From Antedon mediterranea (Eukaryota; Animalia; Echinodermata): a DNA stretch of 64,000 bases. A program made the translations under genes and the position numbers. How positions within the stretch are numbered: position 1 is the stretch's first letter; every line of letters starts with the position of its first letter. The notes beneath the pieces are model-generated. The model was not told where the DNA came from and made no database searches. It saw only the letters and a list, made by a program, of their open reading frames with translations. Below are positions 12,331 to 26,600 of the stretch, piece by piece. The DNA lies in the NCBI RefSeq assembly GCF_964355755.1, contig NC_092679.1, positions 16,041,432 to 16,105,431 on the forward strand, in the 5' to 3' direction.

Positions 12331-14096
12331 TTTTCTGATAGGCCATAGATGGGATGGTTTCGCCGACCCTCTCCTGGCTTTCTCTAAGGGTGTTGTGTTT
12401 GTTCGATCTTTTAATAAGTTACTTTGTACCTTTATAATCGTACATGATGGGTACTGTATGTAAACCACCAAGTTCTAACCACCTTCATGTAAAACGGCTA
12501 ACATGTATTACCTTAAAAAAACATAATTCAATTCAGATCTAACATTACTCCATGGATCTAACCATCGTCAGTGTAAAATGTGTGTTTAGAATTTTGTTTT
12601 AATTCAATTTTAATAAATCATTTACGTTATTAGCGGCATATTAGGTTTACTCAGGTTTTCAGCTGAACTAATGTTGTACTATCAATGTATGTATAATACT
12701 ATTAACATAAAACGACATACTTGAAGTCGGTCTTCAAACGTAATATACGGTATAAAATGTGATAAGACTGTGCTTCAGTTTACTTTGAAGCCGATGAGTA
12801 TCATCGTTTATTGGTCCTTTTTTTGTTTGTTGTTGCAGATTAAAGTACTCTTGGTGCTGTTGGAATATTTCAGTTTTCAAGTATCTTACATTTTGAAGGA
12901 GTGGTAGATTGACATTAAATGAGATCGTAATTTAAAGGCATTACTAAGTACCAGTATTAAGTTACAATGTAATTGGCCTGTCACAAGATTTACAAATTCT
13001 GTTTCTACTATCTATTTTGTGGCCTTCTGATGAGTAAAACATATGACATGACTACTAGCTTTAGACCCATCTGTCATGGGTTAACAGTTTGTAAAAGTAA
13101 AATATGTTATTTTTAAACTGATGAAAAAGGATACATTAAAAAAACATGTGCAAACTGTCATTTTAATTCAGTCCACGATTTAAATAGCTTTAGGTCACAA
13201 GTTGTTTGTTTGTTAATTTTTTTTTTCAGATTCAGCAGTTGAGATATTTTAAATTTTAAAATGTATTTTTAATTTTTAAGTATTTAGAAAATCTTACTTA
13301 GCTATTGTGCGTTTGTTGAACTATCGTAGTTCAGCGTCGTCTATGAGAGGTTTTAATCAAATCAATGTGCCGTATACAATTTTTTTGGGAAATTGTTACT
13401 TCGATATTGTGTCTTCATTAAACTATCATAGTCCACCATCATCTCAGAAGTGTTTTAATCAAATCAATGTATACACTTTTAATCAAGAATTAAACAGGAA
13501 AGATAAATTAAAGGCAGTCTACAAAAAAAAAGTCGTCTTCTTAATTTATTGAGATTGAACATTCTCCTGGATTGTCGTTTGTTAAATGTAGTAAAACGCT
13601 TTTGGCCAACATTACTCTATGTGTATGAATCAAATTAGTTTGTTCACTTCATTTTTCAGGTCATCGTCCAAGCCTAACAGTCGAGATAAATTAAAGTTAT
13701 TCTAAATAAAGGTCATCCACAGTAATTTCAGATTGTACTGATCAGGAAAACTATGCATTTGTTAAAATGCTTTTGGCCAACATTACCTTATGTGTTTGTA
13801 TCAAATTAGTTTTATATTATTTTCGAGTTTTTATCCAAAATGTTATAGCAGTCAGGATACATTAAAGTTACAGTACAGTAAAATTCCATCTTTTTTATTG
13901 AGAAATGAGAAAAAAATGTATTTAATATTTGAATATTAGTGCTTTTGGGAAAATTGTTCTGTTGTTCAGATACAAATCAATATGCTTTTTTCTTTTCAGT
14001 TTACGGTTTGAACATTGATAGATTGTGATGGATATTATAAAAATGTTGTGTTAAATTAGGCCTTTAAAAAAACATCCGACTTTTTGGTCAAATCAC

Positions 14097-14365
14097 AGCG
14101 AGTGAGTGGTTGAGCAGTAAGACTGTAAAACTGTAATCCATAGCCATAATATCGGCAAGGGTTTAAGGCTCACTTGATCCTGGAAGTATCTGAACAAGTC
14201 TACTCGCATAAGAACTTTACCGTAGGTCCAGTGTACACATCATGCTTGTGCTACACTACCTTGAGTACATCTTTTGAAACAATTAGAGTGTTACCCCAGT
14301 GTACTAGTGTAGCTCACACATCCACTGCCTAAAGTATTGTAGGCCTTCTAGTTCTGTGATAATCT
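14097..14365 (+). mobile_element. Degenerate tRNA-derived SINE
   Basis: tRNA-like head (GAGTGGTT...GGGTTTAAGGCTC) and body GGTCCAGTGTACACATC...GTTACCCCAGTGTACTAG. The body is shared with 57560-57645. Confidence 0.5.
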
Positions 14366-15048
14366 GTGTTGATTGTAGAACTTACGACAATGAAAGTAAA
14401 TCATTCACCATTAAAAGCCTTCACTCAATTAAGTAATATCTTGTTTACTGCTCAACTGTATAAAATCCCAGTAGTATGCAGTTTGCGACATAAAAATGTA
14501 AAAACAAGATTTTGAATCGTAGTAAAGTGATCAAAGTAGATGAATTTAGGAGCCTATAGGAAGGATGTACTCTTTAAAAGTCTTTAAGAGGTGAAATAAA
14601 TCATTTGGAAAAGCCAGACACTTATATAATGGCTAATCTTCTTGTTTTGTTATTTCTTTCTAATCATATCTGGACACAACAATAAATTAAATATCTATTA
14701 GAAATTGATATTTAAGAAAAATAGACATTTTTTAACCGAAGCTATAAACATTGAAAAAAATCAGGTACTGTGTCTATGTTTATGATTTTTATATGTTTTA
14801 ATGTAATAAATTCCATAACACCTCAAGAAAAAAAAAGAGAATTACAAGAAATAAAATCTTTTTTTCAATCAATCACAATCAATTGTGAACATTTCACCTA
14901 CAGATTTAAAAAAAAAAAGAAGCTGAATAGGGGTGTCCCCTGAATATTATAGGAGTGCCCTTTGAATAGAAGTGTAAAAGGGACTTTATTACATTTTACT
15001 TCTCAACACTCCATTTCAGTGTGTTAATTATTCATGTCATATATATAT

Positions 15049-15217
15049 GGTTAGGACAGCTGCATATCAAGCAGATGGTCTGAGTTCGAGTCTTGGTTGG
15101 GGCGACTTTTTCTCATTCTCATAGATTTCCTCATCTCTATCGTTTTCAAATTAATTAATTAAATTTCAGTATATCACCAGGCGGTTTAGAATTAATGTTC
15201 TTTGCCTAAATGTGTTT
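15049..15217 (+). mobile_element. tRNA-headed short element within a (TA)n microsatellite
   Basis: GGTTAGGACAGCTGCATATCAAGCAGATGGTCTGAGTTCGAGTC is tRNA-like, with an anticodon-like stem CTGC..GCAG and B-box GTTCGA. (TA)n flanks both sides. Confidence 0.5.
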
Positions 15218-16779
15218 ATATATATATATATATCTTTTCTGGCTGTTTTACTCTATCGTTTTGATTTAGCTTTTCGCTTTTTTTTTTTGTATCTCCATTG
15301 AGATCCAGCCACTAATACCCACAGCATTGTCATTTTTTCAGTAATTTGCCTTTGGATTTATATATTATATATATATATTTCTGAAAGGAATGGAATAAAA
15401 TACAGTAATCATCTAAGCATCTGTTTATACAGATAACCGTAAAAGGAAAACATCTTTGTTCGTTTATTCTAGATTTCCCATAAATACCAATTATTAATAA
15501 TTGAATAGAGCACAGAACCGTAGATCTATTACCTAAAACAAAATTAAGGCGGTCACTTTAACTTTTAAGTCTTTATAAGCCCTCCCTCTTGGGGAATAAA
15601 TGTGTCGATTACAAATCTGAATCAAATTTCTAAGGAAAGTCTTTAAAAAAAACCTGTTAGTGGATGCGGTAACGTTTCACAGTTTTATCTTTAAAATCTA
15701 TGTGTTCTACTTTTCCATATTGAAGGTCACCAGATATATGCTGTGCGCAATTAAATTCCTCTTCAAGCAAATGATGTATTAATGACTGTTTTTATAGTAG
15801 GTGTAAGGTGATGGCTAAACAGAATTCCTGATTGTTTGTTTCATGTCGCCAAGGTAACTCGACTATCAACCTAGTTATAAATTACTGTAAATAAAACTTA
15901 ATGAAGATGATGAGTTTATCCGGTAATCAACTACCTACCGAGCATGCAGATTCATCTACCGAGAATCGAGCGTCACGCTTGAAAGCACCCCCTTTCGATT
16001 TATTGGCTCGACGTTGAGTGCAAATGAGTCGTTACTATGTCGGTTCCTATGTTCCAATTAATTTTGAATGCCAATTACGACATAAGTATTGCATTATTGG
16101 AATATCTTTGTCCAAAATGAAGATGCTCTTATAATTTTAAATGCTTGGTTAAGTTAATTAAGTTAATGATATTCTCCAGACATATTAGGAATTATTAGGT
16201 AATGTGAAGGGGAATTAGAAGGTTTAAGGGTTAATTTCGTTATACGGTCCAGTAATATTTCGGGTCATTAACAACATATAAAGAGGTTAATTGATCGGCT
16301 TGCTTGTAATTATATAGCATTATCAACAGCTTTATAGGGCAATGTATAAGGCTTAATTAAAAACGTACAATAGGGTTTACTTATAGAATCTAAATTCCTT
16401 CATTAGGAGGAATAGAATATTACTCTCTATGCGCTCTATTTAACGGCTTCAGTTTATGGACATAATAAAAACCAATGACGTTTTTTATGTTCGTCAAAAC
16501 AAAATCTAGATACTCGCAAACAACTGTTCTGTAAACTGTTGAGCAATATCCAGATCGGTTAAGTAAGAATTATTGCCGACTTTTGCGACCCAATTTCATT
16601 GCAACTCAACATGTGCCGGTAACATGTGGTGATACTTTCCCCCTCCTACATGTGACTGGTTACCATTATTTCAATGTAGTTAGGTTGTGGAGCTAACAAG
16701 AACTTATAATTATTAATACTTTATTTTAAATTATTAATTAAAAATTTGCACAAATGCCTTATAATGAGTAACTCCTAGA

Positions 16780-16872
16780 TACTATTTTAACTCCCAGGCA
16801 CTATTTTAACTCTCAGGCACTATTAATTCCCAGGTACTATAAATCCCAGGCACTATATGTCTAAGGCACTAC
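16780..16872. repeat. Degenerate ~16-19 bp tandem repeat, ~5 copies
   Basis: ACTATTTTAACTCCCAGGC-like units. Confidence 0.7.
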
Positions 16873-18894
16873 TAATCGACATCTAGTCGAACCATATTGA
16901 AACATAAGCATTGTTTTAATGTTGTTCATCTAATAAAACAACCTGCTGTTTGTTCTGGTCTGCTTCCCACTAGGCCGGATACTAACCCAATTTTTATGTT
17001 CTATTCAATTTCTGTCTGGATAATGTTATCGCTTTACACTTCACATCCTTAGACTTTGAGGATCTAATTCCGCCTATACTATAGTAGGTGTTTACTAGTG
17101 TCTGTCTACCCAATCTATCGCTAACACTACCCCCTCCCCCCCCCCCACCTTCCCCTCCCCTCCCCAACATTTCTGAGTTCCTGAATCCAACCTTGTTTGT
17201 ATAGTATACATAAGGAAATGATATACTTTTGACTAATAACATCTCAGGAAGTTTCGCAATAAAACGTTTCCAATATTGAAATTATCATTGATGAGGTATA
17301 TATTGATAGTAATGTAACTTTAATTATGATTGATAGACAAGACATTCTATCTATCTCTGACATAAAACATTTTGTTTGACTTTTGCTACGAGGCTTTTCA
17401 CATTTTTAAATATTTTTATTTTAATAGAAGCATCAGGTTTTTTATAGATTTAATTGAAATATGACAACAAATTATGTAAACCGTTGTTTGTTGGTTGTAT
17501 CCTCTTGAATCCTGGTCACGGCACCAGTGTATCTGCTTGTCATGTAGTTGACCGTTACTAGAAATAGAGAGACTTGACATACAGTTGAATATAAATACAA
17601 CGTTATTGAATAAGTCTCAATACGAGGTCTCTCTCCCTCAATGCTTATACAAACTAGTCAGGATTAGGGCATATTAACATACACAATACTATATGTTTTG
17701 AATGAATATAGATAGTCTATCGAATTACTAACAAATATTTTAATAGGCTTTCATTCTGCAATTTTTGTAGCTTTAAAAAATATATAGTACATGGATTTAT
17801 GTAATGGCCGTATTGTGTACAATTAGCTTAGTTAAAATATTAAAAAATCTGTAACTAGAGGGGTAAAGTAGGTAACTACTTCCCATAAAGTAAATGCAAC
17901 ATATCTAATTTGCTCACTGTCTATGGCAAAGTGTACCACGTTTCTTATAAATCAATTCGCAAACCAAGTGAGAATATCTGTTTCGCTATGTTTAACATTC
18001 GTTCTTTACTTTGATTTAAACCTTGCTTTTTGGTAAATCTCTTCAGAGACTTTGCTCGTTTGTCGACAGCAATTTATTTTTGCTAGCATTTTCAAAGTAT
18101 AGTATGGGCTTAGGCAAGCAAGTGAAAACATCACCATTGACAACATAGAAATGAAATTTTTTACTTTTGTTTAATTTATATATTTTGTTTTGGTATTTAT
18201 CGTAAATGAACTACTTCTATTGTTAAATTTACAGATTTTGATTTAATAACATTAAGTAAGTCAAAAAACATAATTCTTCAGAAAATGAGTTAAAGTGTGT
18301 TTAGTTTTTAATTTGTAGATCACAAACATTTATTAAACCATTTTGTTTCTATTTGTTTAACTGGTAGCCATTTCCATTTTTGTACTTATTTTTACACCAC
18401 CATGGCAAAAGGGGTACCAAAATGGTACTTGCATTAATATTTAGATAAATAGGGAATCTTATAAATATTTCATAAGACTTGAATCTAGTAATGAAGTGGT
18501 TCTTGTGGAAACACATGGTAGCTAAGTCCCGGATTCTTCAAAGCAACCATTCAAATTCTATTTCGTTCTCAATGTTATATCATAATGAAATGCCTAGAAT
18601 GTAATACTTTCACGCAAGATCAACGTGTTCTCTCTCATTTGTTTTCATCTATCATTTTGTCATATGTCATCCGTAGATTTGACATTCATCTTTTCAACTT
18701 CCTTACAAAAATTGGAATATCTTGATGTAACTAGCTTCAATCTGAAACTCTATTTTTAGTTGTCGCAATTTTAATCTATGTGTCTTCTATGTGGGTGTCA
18801 AAAGCAGGTGGTTTAATATTATTGTTTTGTTTCTGTTTTGATTTGAGTTGACTTTGTAGATCTGATTTAATCTAACATGAATACCTTCCATTTA

Positions 18895-19170
18895 ATAAAA
18901 ATAATAATATCCTGGATTTATAAAAGTGCCTAATGTTATGAAACCTTTATTAAGAACTGTAGGCCTACATAATTTGAATGCCCCGGTCATTTTTTGATCA
19001 AACACGTACGGAAATATACTCCCATAATTAGCGCAAAGTTTTGTATTAACCTTACCGTAAGTAAAGTGTTTTGCCTAGGGATATAAGTAATGTGACGAGT
19101 GTTAGATTTGAACCCATGATCTCACGATCAGTAGTCCAACGTCCAACATACTGCGTCACACACCCTCACT
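18895..19170 (-). mobile_element. tRNA-derived SINE with L2-like tail
   Basis: Minus strand shows a tRNA-like head with B-box GGGTTCAAATC, a core-like TCCCTAGGCAAAACACTTTA, and a 3' GGCACTTTTATAAATCC...(ATT)n. Confidence 0.55.
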
Positions 19171-21182
19171 AAAAGAGATTCTGACTGCATTTGTAGCTGT
19201 ATGTTTATGTTAAATGCGCGAATCCATGTCTCTGGGAGTCGGTTTGCTTATATAGCCAAGACTGAAATATGTTAATCAAGTTAACTTCACTTAACAGCAG
19301 ACAAATCTGTGAAATTCTCCTATTTTTAATTCTAAAGTCCTGCACTTTTTGGTATTCATCCAAATTGTGAAATTCTGTCTTTACTGTTAATTTTCAAAGC
19401 AACTAATATGAGAATTGATGAGAGTAATGGAGTAATTTAAGTAGTTGCCAAGGTCTTTGGTAATGCCAAACAGCGATAAAAAACAGCTAGTTAGCGTCCT
19501 AAATGCCATAACGCCCATATTAACATTCATTTGTGTAATAGTCTATAGGTCTAGTGTATACCGTACATCCCTTATAATCCACTATTGTAACAGTTGTCCC
19601 TTAGATTTTAAATATTTTTTATCATACCGATGCAAGTCCCACCCTGGATAATAGAGTTTCTTCATCAGGTAATACCCCAACCTCTTTATAAAATAATAAT
19701 ATTAAAATCATTAAAATAGCAACTAAGACAAGCAATATTAATATACAATATAGGCCAAAAACAGTGCAAGAATTATATATTTCAAGGAATCTATGTTTTT
19801 ATATATTTACTGTATAACATTACTAAATATAACGACCAATGAGAACACACAATTGTGCTATCAAAATACAGAATGGCACCATTCTGTTGTTAATAACGAC
19901 CAAGAATTAGGTCAGACGAAAACCATAGTTTATAAATATTATAACCTACTTTGATAATTTTGAAAGTTGAACTACTATAGCAGAACCTCTATTATTGGAC
20001 CCTTCAAGACCCAACAAAATTGTCTCTACAGTGTTAAAACATATTTTGTCCAAACATTCAATTCATTTCACAGTGTATGGGTATCTCAAAGGAGTTTTAC
20101 CATATTTAATATTCTTTTTTCCCATTTAATTTCAATAAATGCTAATTTAATGAAGGTAAATTAATTCAATAGTAATTCATTAATAATAATGGAAAAATAA
20201 AATATTGGTAATCTTGATAAAAACAGCCAAATCATAGAGGGTACCATTATTTTTAACAATTACATCCAAACATAGATGGTGCTATTAAAAAATATCAGGC
20301 ATCAGGGAATGCCCAGGCTCTTTTCAAAACATGGTGATGTACATTGAGGAAAATGTGTCGCCAATGGATTTTACGCATTTAGGTAACCCAGAAGAAGCCT
20401 ACATTAGTTGGTAGAAGCCTAAATTGTTTTATTTATTCATTATGCATAATATTGGGATGTTTTTTGTAGCATTTAAAACAATCTTTAGTGACAGACGGGA
20501 GATACTCAAAATGTCAGACTTGGAAGGTCTGATTAATTAATTTGTGATGATATACGGTAAAGTTATTATTTGATAAATTTTGGATTTAAATATATTCTTC
20601 TGATAAAAATGAATAAAATCGTCTGATACAAATGAATCAAATTGTCTGATAACATTTAATAAAATTTGGAAAATCATCCATTTCTTTTAAAACATCATTA
20701 CCTTGTCCACCAAAACATAATTTCATAATGCATGTTTCTTGTTTCATTGGATAAAAGCGTTGCTATCAAAGCAAATTAATAGTCATAACTATAGACATTT
20801 AAAACCCAGAATTTCTCTTCAACTATAACAAATTGTTATTGCTTTTATAGTTTATATTAAAAACACAGATTAGAAATATTAATTGCAAAATCAACTACAA
20901 AATACTTGGAATAATTAATATCTGTATTATTGCAGAGTTTTTGAAATGACCAAAATGGGTTATTATATACTCCTCAAGAAGAGATTTCCTTAATCTGTTC
21001 TCATTATCTTTGTTGGCCTCCTCCACATTTACATTATAATCCATCGACTTGAATAATATGAAATAAAAAACTATAAAACGTACAAAGATATGAATTTATG
21101 ACTTCTTTCCATTCCAGGTGTTTTAAATTATTTAAAGATTTTCAATAATGATGGAAAAATCGTTTTACATTTTTTTGTATTA

Positions 21183-21304
21183 ACCTCTGTCTACACTATT
21201 AACTACAGTAGTTTGAAAAAAGTAGTGATATGCCATCATCATGTCCATATATGAGCATATCACATTGGTTTTTCACATAAAATTTGATAGTTTAGGCAGA
21301 GAGT
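21183..21304. mobile_element. MITE family A copy
   Basis: Degenerate TIRs CTCTGTCTACACTA / TAGTTTAGGCAGAGAG. Confidence 0.7.
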
Positions 21305-21383
21305 TTAGATTCATATGGCAAATAAGAAAACTTTGATCAAAATGATACAAAATCAGTATCAGTGTTAATAGACATTGTTTAAT

Positions 21384-21891
21384 AGGGAGGTTTCGCAATC
21401 TTACGATAACAAAAACAGATACGTCACGCACAATTATTCGTTTTTCGTAAGCCAGTAAAAATCTGTTTCGCATGGCAACGAAATATTAAGGGCGCCATCC
21501 AAAATATGACTGCGGTAAATTTGAGTGAAGCGCAGGTACGTGTTGCTTGGTGCTTGCTGCCTAGGCCTAGCGTAACATCAAAGCGAGTGACGTGAGGACT
21601 TTAAAAACTGCTGTTTATCAAAATTGACGTGGCATTTTAGTAAATTACTTTAGTAAATTACTTTCAATAAATCTATAATTATATTATAATCATGAATCAT
21701 TCCTAATTCAAATGCAAAATGTGCAAAATAGATCAAAAACTATACTCGTTTTGTAGTTACGAATATGACGTGTGATATTCGTCAACACGAATACGCTTTA
21801 CGAATATGAAATGGGGATCAGCTCAAAAGTTTCACAAATGTATGACGTATCCGTTTTCATTATTGTATTTGTAAGGTTGCAAAACCTCCCT
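21384..21891. mobile_element. MITE family B (~500 bp, TIR AGGGAGGTTTCGCAA)
   Basis: TIRs at both ends. A highly similar copy in opposite orientation lies at 41543-42035. Confidence 0.9.
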
Positions 21892-23636
21892 AATAATTAC
21901 TTTTTGTTTTTTGTCACCTAACCATATAAAATAAATTTTATTTTAAACAGTAATATTTTATTTCATACAAATTTTGAAACATTTATAATATAAATAAGTT
22001 TTTTACTAGGAAACTAAACATGGCCATGAAAATTTTTCTTAGAAAAACTGTATTAGCAAAAGTTTATAGAAATATGAATTTCAATTCCCCGATTTATCAT
22101 TGAATATATTAAAAGAAAATGTAATTCTTTCGGCTTATTGCAATAGCTTGACCTCTGCAGCGTAAAATCCCTCGACAATCTTAATCTATGGAAGGTCAAT
22201 AGAGCATAAATTTAATACTACATTATTGATATGATTTTATAATGAATGGCTTAATAATATAATAATGTGTAAGTGATCATATTAACTTGCAATCAACTAA
22301 AACTCACATACGCATATCTGATTGGATTAAATTACAAGCCACGGTCGCGTAATCAAATTACAATCGGTATTTAGGCACGTCGTTACATGACATGTGTCAT
22401 TGATGATGACTGCTCATTAAGAGGTAGAATATCGAAAAGGCATTTTTAACGCTTTTATTGAAACTATTCAACGTGTATCAAAATGTATTGTTAGTATGTC
22501 AATGGTTAAAAACAAAATTAATCGTCTGATTCAAAGTCATCCACACTATTTTCTTGTGATGTTTTGTGCATCATGGTCTTCCATGACTATTTTTGTTCTG
22601 CTATTGCGATCTTAGTTAATTGGTAGATGTAGCAAGGCCTTTGCAGAGTATTGACTGGTTTTCCACATGTTTTACCATACTTAGTGTTGATTACCATTAT
22701 TATATGAAGTATAATCGCATGCTTGAGTATAGTCCCAACCAGTGGCGTTTCCATGAGAATTTAATTGCATTGTAAATTTTAGGGTGGCCCGGGCTGACTG
22801 GTCTCCCCTTTAGAGTTATACCCCCAAACATGGAATTAAACTTGGTCATATACTGTAATACTCATTCAACATGATAAATTGTCTATACTTTTTTATATAT
22901 TGTTATTAAATCTCAACTTACCTATTCAGTAAATTAAGAACATTATATTTAGATTTTCCTAATGCATACGTGGATGTTAATACCAGAATATTTGACCTTC
23001 TACGAGGAAAGTAATTGCGTTAGGATAAATGGATAAAATAAGCTTACGAACAGACTACACCAAATACTATTTATGGAAAGTTTTGTGAGAATTGTATAAA
23101 TCTACAAACCTAATTACTGAGTATTTTAGAGAACCCAATAGACGTGCCAGTCTCTTTTATCTTAGTTAGATCTGACTGCTTGATTAGTACAGCAGTTGTT
23201 CTCGTCTAAATAGGCCCGGCTTCTTTTGTATGAATTACGAGAAAGAGAGGTTTACTGGTTTAACGACGCAAGGGGTCATATGTAAACTTTCAGCCAATTA
23301 GGAAGAAGGTGATTTTGTCAAGCTATGAAAACAATGTAAAATTAATATAAACTTGTATTATTTGTGATTGAATTATATTAACACAATAGTAAAAGTAGTT
23401 GAAAAGTTAAGCAAATTGAAATTCAGTATATTAACACATTTGTTTTAAAAGCAGCACTTAATTTGAAATCCAGTTATATAACAGTTTTAAGTAAAGAATA
23501 GAAAATATTGTAAATAGGAAAAAATGTAGGCCTATAAGTTAAATCATGATCAATGATCACTTATAAATTAATTTTTAAAGTTGAATGTGAACTTTTAACC
23601 AATAGGAGAAGAGACAGAGTCATGTATTAGTCAATT

Positions 23637-26600
23637 AAGTGGCGCTGTGCAACACGGCGACATAGCTCGTCTCATTGTCTCTATTGTTACTCATTTTTTG
23701 ACGTTATTTTCGTATATTTGGACTGTATTGTATTGTGGAAGAAGTCATTTGATTTATACATTATGTTGTATGTGAAAGTTTTGAAATTTCTGTATTTTTT
23801 GCTGATATTTTGGCTGTTCTTACTGTGTGGATTGAGTAAGCCGGGCGGTGGAATTGCGTACACGTCATCTGATTTGCATTCCATGGGCGAGAGGTCGACC
23901 TCACCGCTACCGGCACACGTTGAATTACCATCTGAGATACAACGTCGCAGGCTTCGGAAAAGGGGCAAGGCTGGTGGGGTCAGAAAGCGACTACAACGAA
24001 GGAAATGTAAGCCTTTTATACCATCTTTAATATTTGGAAATGTAAGATCTTTGAATAACAAAGTCGATTTACTCAGAGCAAACGTCGAACACTTCAGCGA
24101 TTTTAGGAATGCCAGCTTACTTGCATTCACGGAAACCCACCTGAGCGATAAGCATAGCGATCAACATATTCAAGAAGTTGGCTTTAAATCTGTTCGTGGG
24201 GATCGTACAGCCGAAGCGAACAAAGATGGCGGTGGTGGTCTTTGCCTCTACATTAATGAGAAATACTGTCATCCAAATAACTCTACGCTTAAGCTTCATA
24301 AATGTTCGCCACACTCGGAAGTGCTGGTTGTTGGTATTCGCCCCTACTATCTTCCGAGAGAGTTCTCGCATGTTATCAATGTTATGGTATACATACCTAA
24401 CAAAAAGCTTGAAAAGCCTGCTATAAATGAGATCGCAGAAATTATCGAAGCTATTGAGTGTAGTCACCCTGAGGCGCTTGTAATTATCAATGGCGATTTC
24501 AACAGATGCAAGCTCAAGAAAACAACGGCCACTTATTATCAGCATGTTACATGTAAAACGAGGGACAACGCGATTCTTGATTTATGCTACTCTAGTGTGA
24601 AGGATGCCTATATTTCGACCCCACTACCGAACTTGGGCAAATCTGATCATAATTTGATTTTACTCAGTCCTAAATATCGCCCGTTAAATAAGACATGCCA
24701 ACCAAAAATTATTAATGTACGTAAATGGTCTCCTGAAGCCGAGGAAGCCCTGATAGCGGAATTTGAATCTACCGATTGGGATATTTTTACGGAGGATGAA
24801 GATTTGAATAGTATTACTTATGCAGTGAGCTCGTACATAAACTTTTGTATTGATAAATGCGTTCCAGTTAAAAAAGTGAAAATCTACCCTAACAACAAGC
24901 CATGGATCACGAAAGGCGTTAAATTACTGTTGTGTGAGAAACGTAAAGCCTTTAAGATGGGCGACTCTAATCGTATGAAAATATTGACTAGAGAGATTAA
25001 ATCTGAAATAATGAAACAGAAGAACATTTATAGGAAAAAAGTTGAACATAACTTCAGGTCTAATAATATGAAACAAGTTTGGCAGGGTATGAAACTTATG
25101 AGTGGTTACACAAACGGTGGTAATACACCCACCTCGATTCCGAATGTTACTGTGCAATATGTTAATGAGTTAAATGAATTTTATAACCGTTTTAATGTTC
25201 ATGATTTTAAAAAAGAAAGAGAGGCTCTATTTAGCTTGTGTCGGGTGACTGAAGATGATCCCAAATTTAGTATAAGCATTTCTGATGTACATAACGAATT
25301 CATGAAACTCAATTCATCGAAGGCTGCTGGGCCGGATAGAATCCCACCACGAGTACTTAAGGTCTGCTCACCTCACCTTGATGGTATATTTACATTTATT
25401 TTCAATATGTGTCTTTCTTACCATGCGTTCCCGGATATTTGGAAACTTTCATGCATAATACCGGTACCTAAGAAACCTAAGATTAACAGCATGAATGATT
25501 TGAGACCCGTTGCACTCACGTCTGTCGCGATGAAAATATTGGAACGTATTATTTTAAAAATTATGCAACCTTATGCTGAAAAAGTGTTAGACCCGTTGCA
25601 ATTTGCTTACCGATCACTCCGTAGTACCAGTGATGCGATTTATTTTAAATTACATAAATTGTATTCACATCTAGATAATGTAAAGAAAGGCCACTCGGCA
25701 CGTATTATGTATTTTGATTTTCAATCTGCGTTTAATACCATACAACCCCATATCTTAGCAGACAAAATGTTGAATATGGAGTTTCCCCGTCCGATTGTTC
25801 GTTTAGTTTTAAATTTCATTTGTGATAGAAAACAATTTGTTAATATTAATGGTGTTAAGTCAGAAATCGTAACCTCTGACACCGGTGTTCCTCAGGGTAC
25901 TGTCAACGCACCTAAATTATATTCCTTGTATACGGCGGATTACAGATCTTTAAATGATGAGCTTTGCCCCGTTGTTAAATTCGCTGATGACACTAGTACT
26001 ATTGGTCTCATAGTTTCAAACAATGATGAAAATTATCTTAGCGAAATACAAAGATTTGTTAAATTTTGTGACGATAATTATCTCCAAATAAATGCATCAA
26101 AAACAAAGGAGATGATCATTGATTTTAGGACTAAACATAAATTTAATTTTCAACCAATCACTATCAAAGGTAAAGAAATTGAAATTGTTGACCAGCACAA
26201 GTATCTAGGAATTGTTTTCAATGATAAACTGAGTTGGGGAGACCATATAGACTTCATCAGCAAAAAATTAAGTCCCAGAATGTATTGTATGAGAACTTTA
26301 TATAAATTTAACTCCTGTGATTTGATGTTACTTTCGTTCTATAGATCCGTTATATGTAGTGTTTGGACGTATTGCCTCTCCTGTTGGGCTGGTAATGTTA
26401 CCGGAGGGAATAAAGGACGCCTTGAAACTTTCATCCGTCGGGCTGGTAAAATGATTGGTCTGGAACTGCCTTCCTTTACCGATGTGCACCTAGAACACCT
26501 CCAGAAAGATTTCGAACGCATTGAGTCGGATGCCTCTCATCCTCTCCACAAAGTGATCATAGACCAACTTAATCCAAGTGGTAGATTGAGGCTCCTCAGT

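Noticed and set aside
13025-13055. Hammerhead ribozyme at CTGATGAG
   Set aside because: No stem II or GAAA follows the core.
16994-17242. Gly-rich ORF / G-quadruplex
   Set aside because: The ORF derives from a C-run low-complexity tract (17129-17166), with no other support for function.
23687-26521. Several short antisense or alternative-frame ORFs inside the LINE
   Set aside because: Shadows of the long APE-RT ORF.
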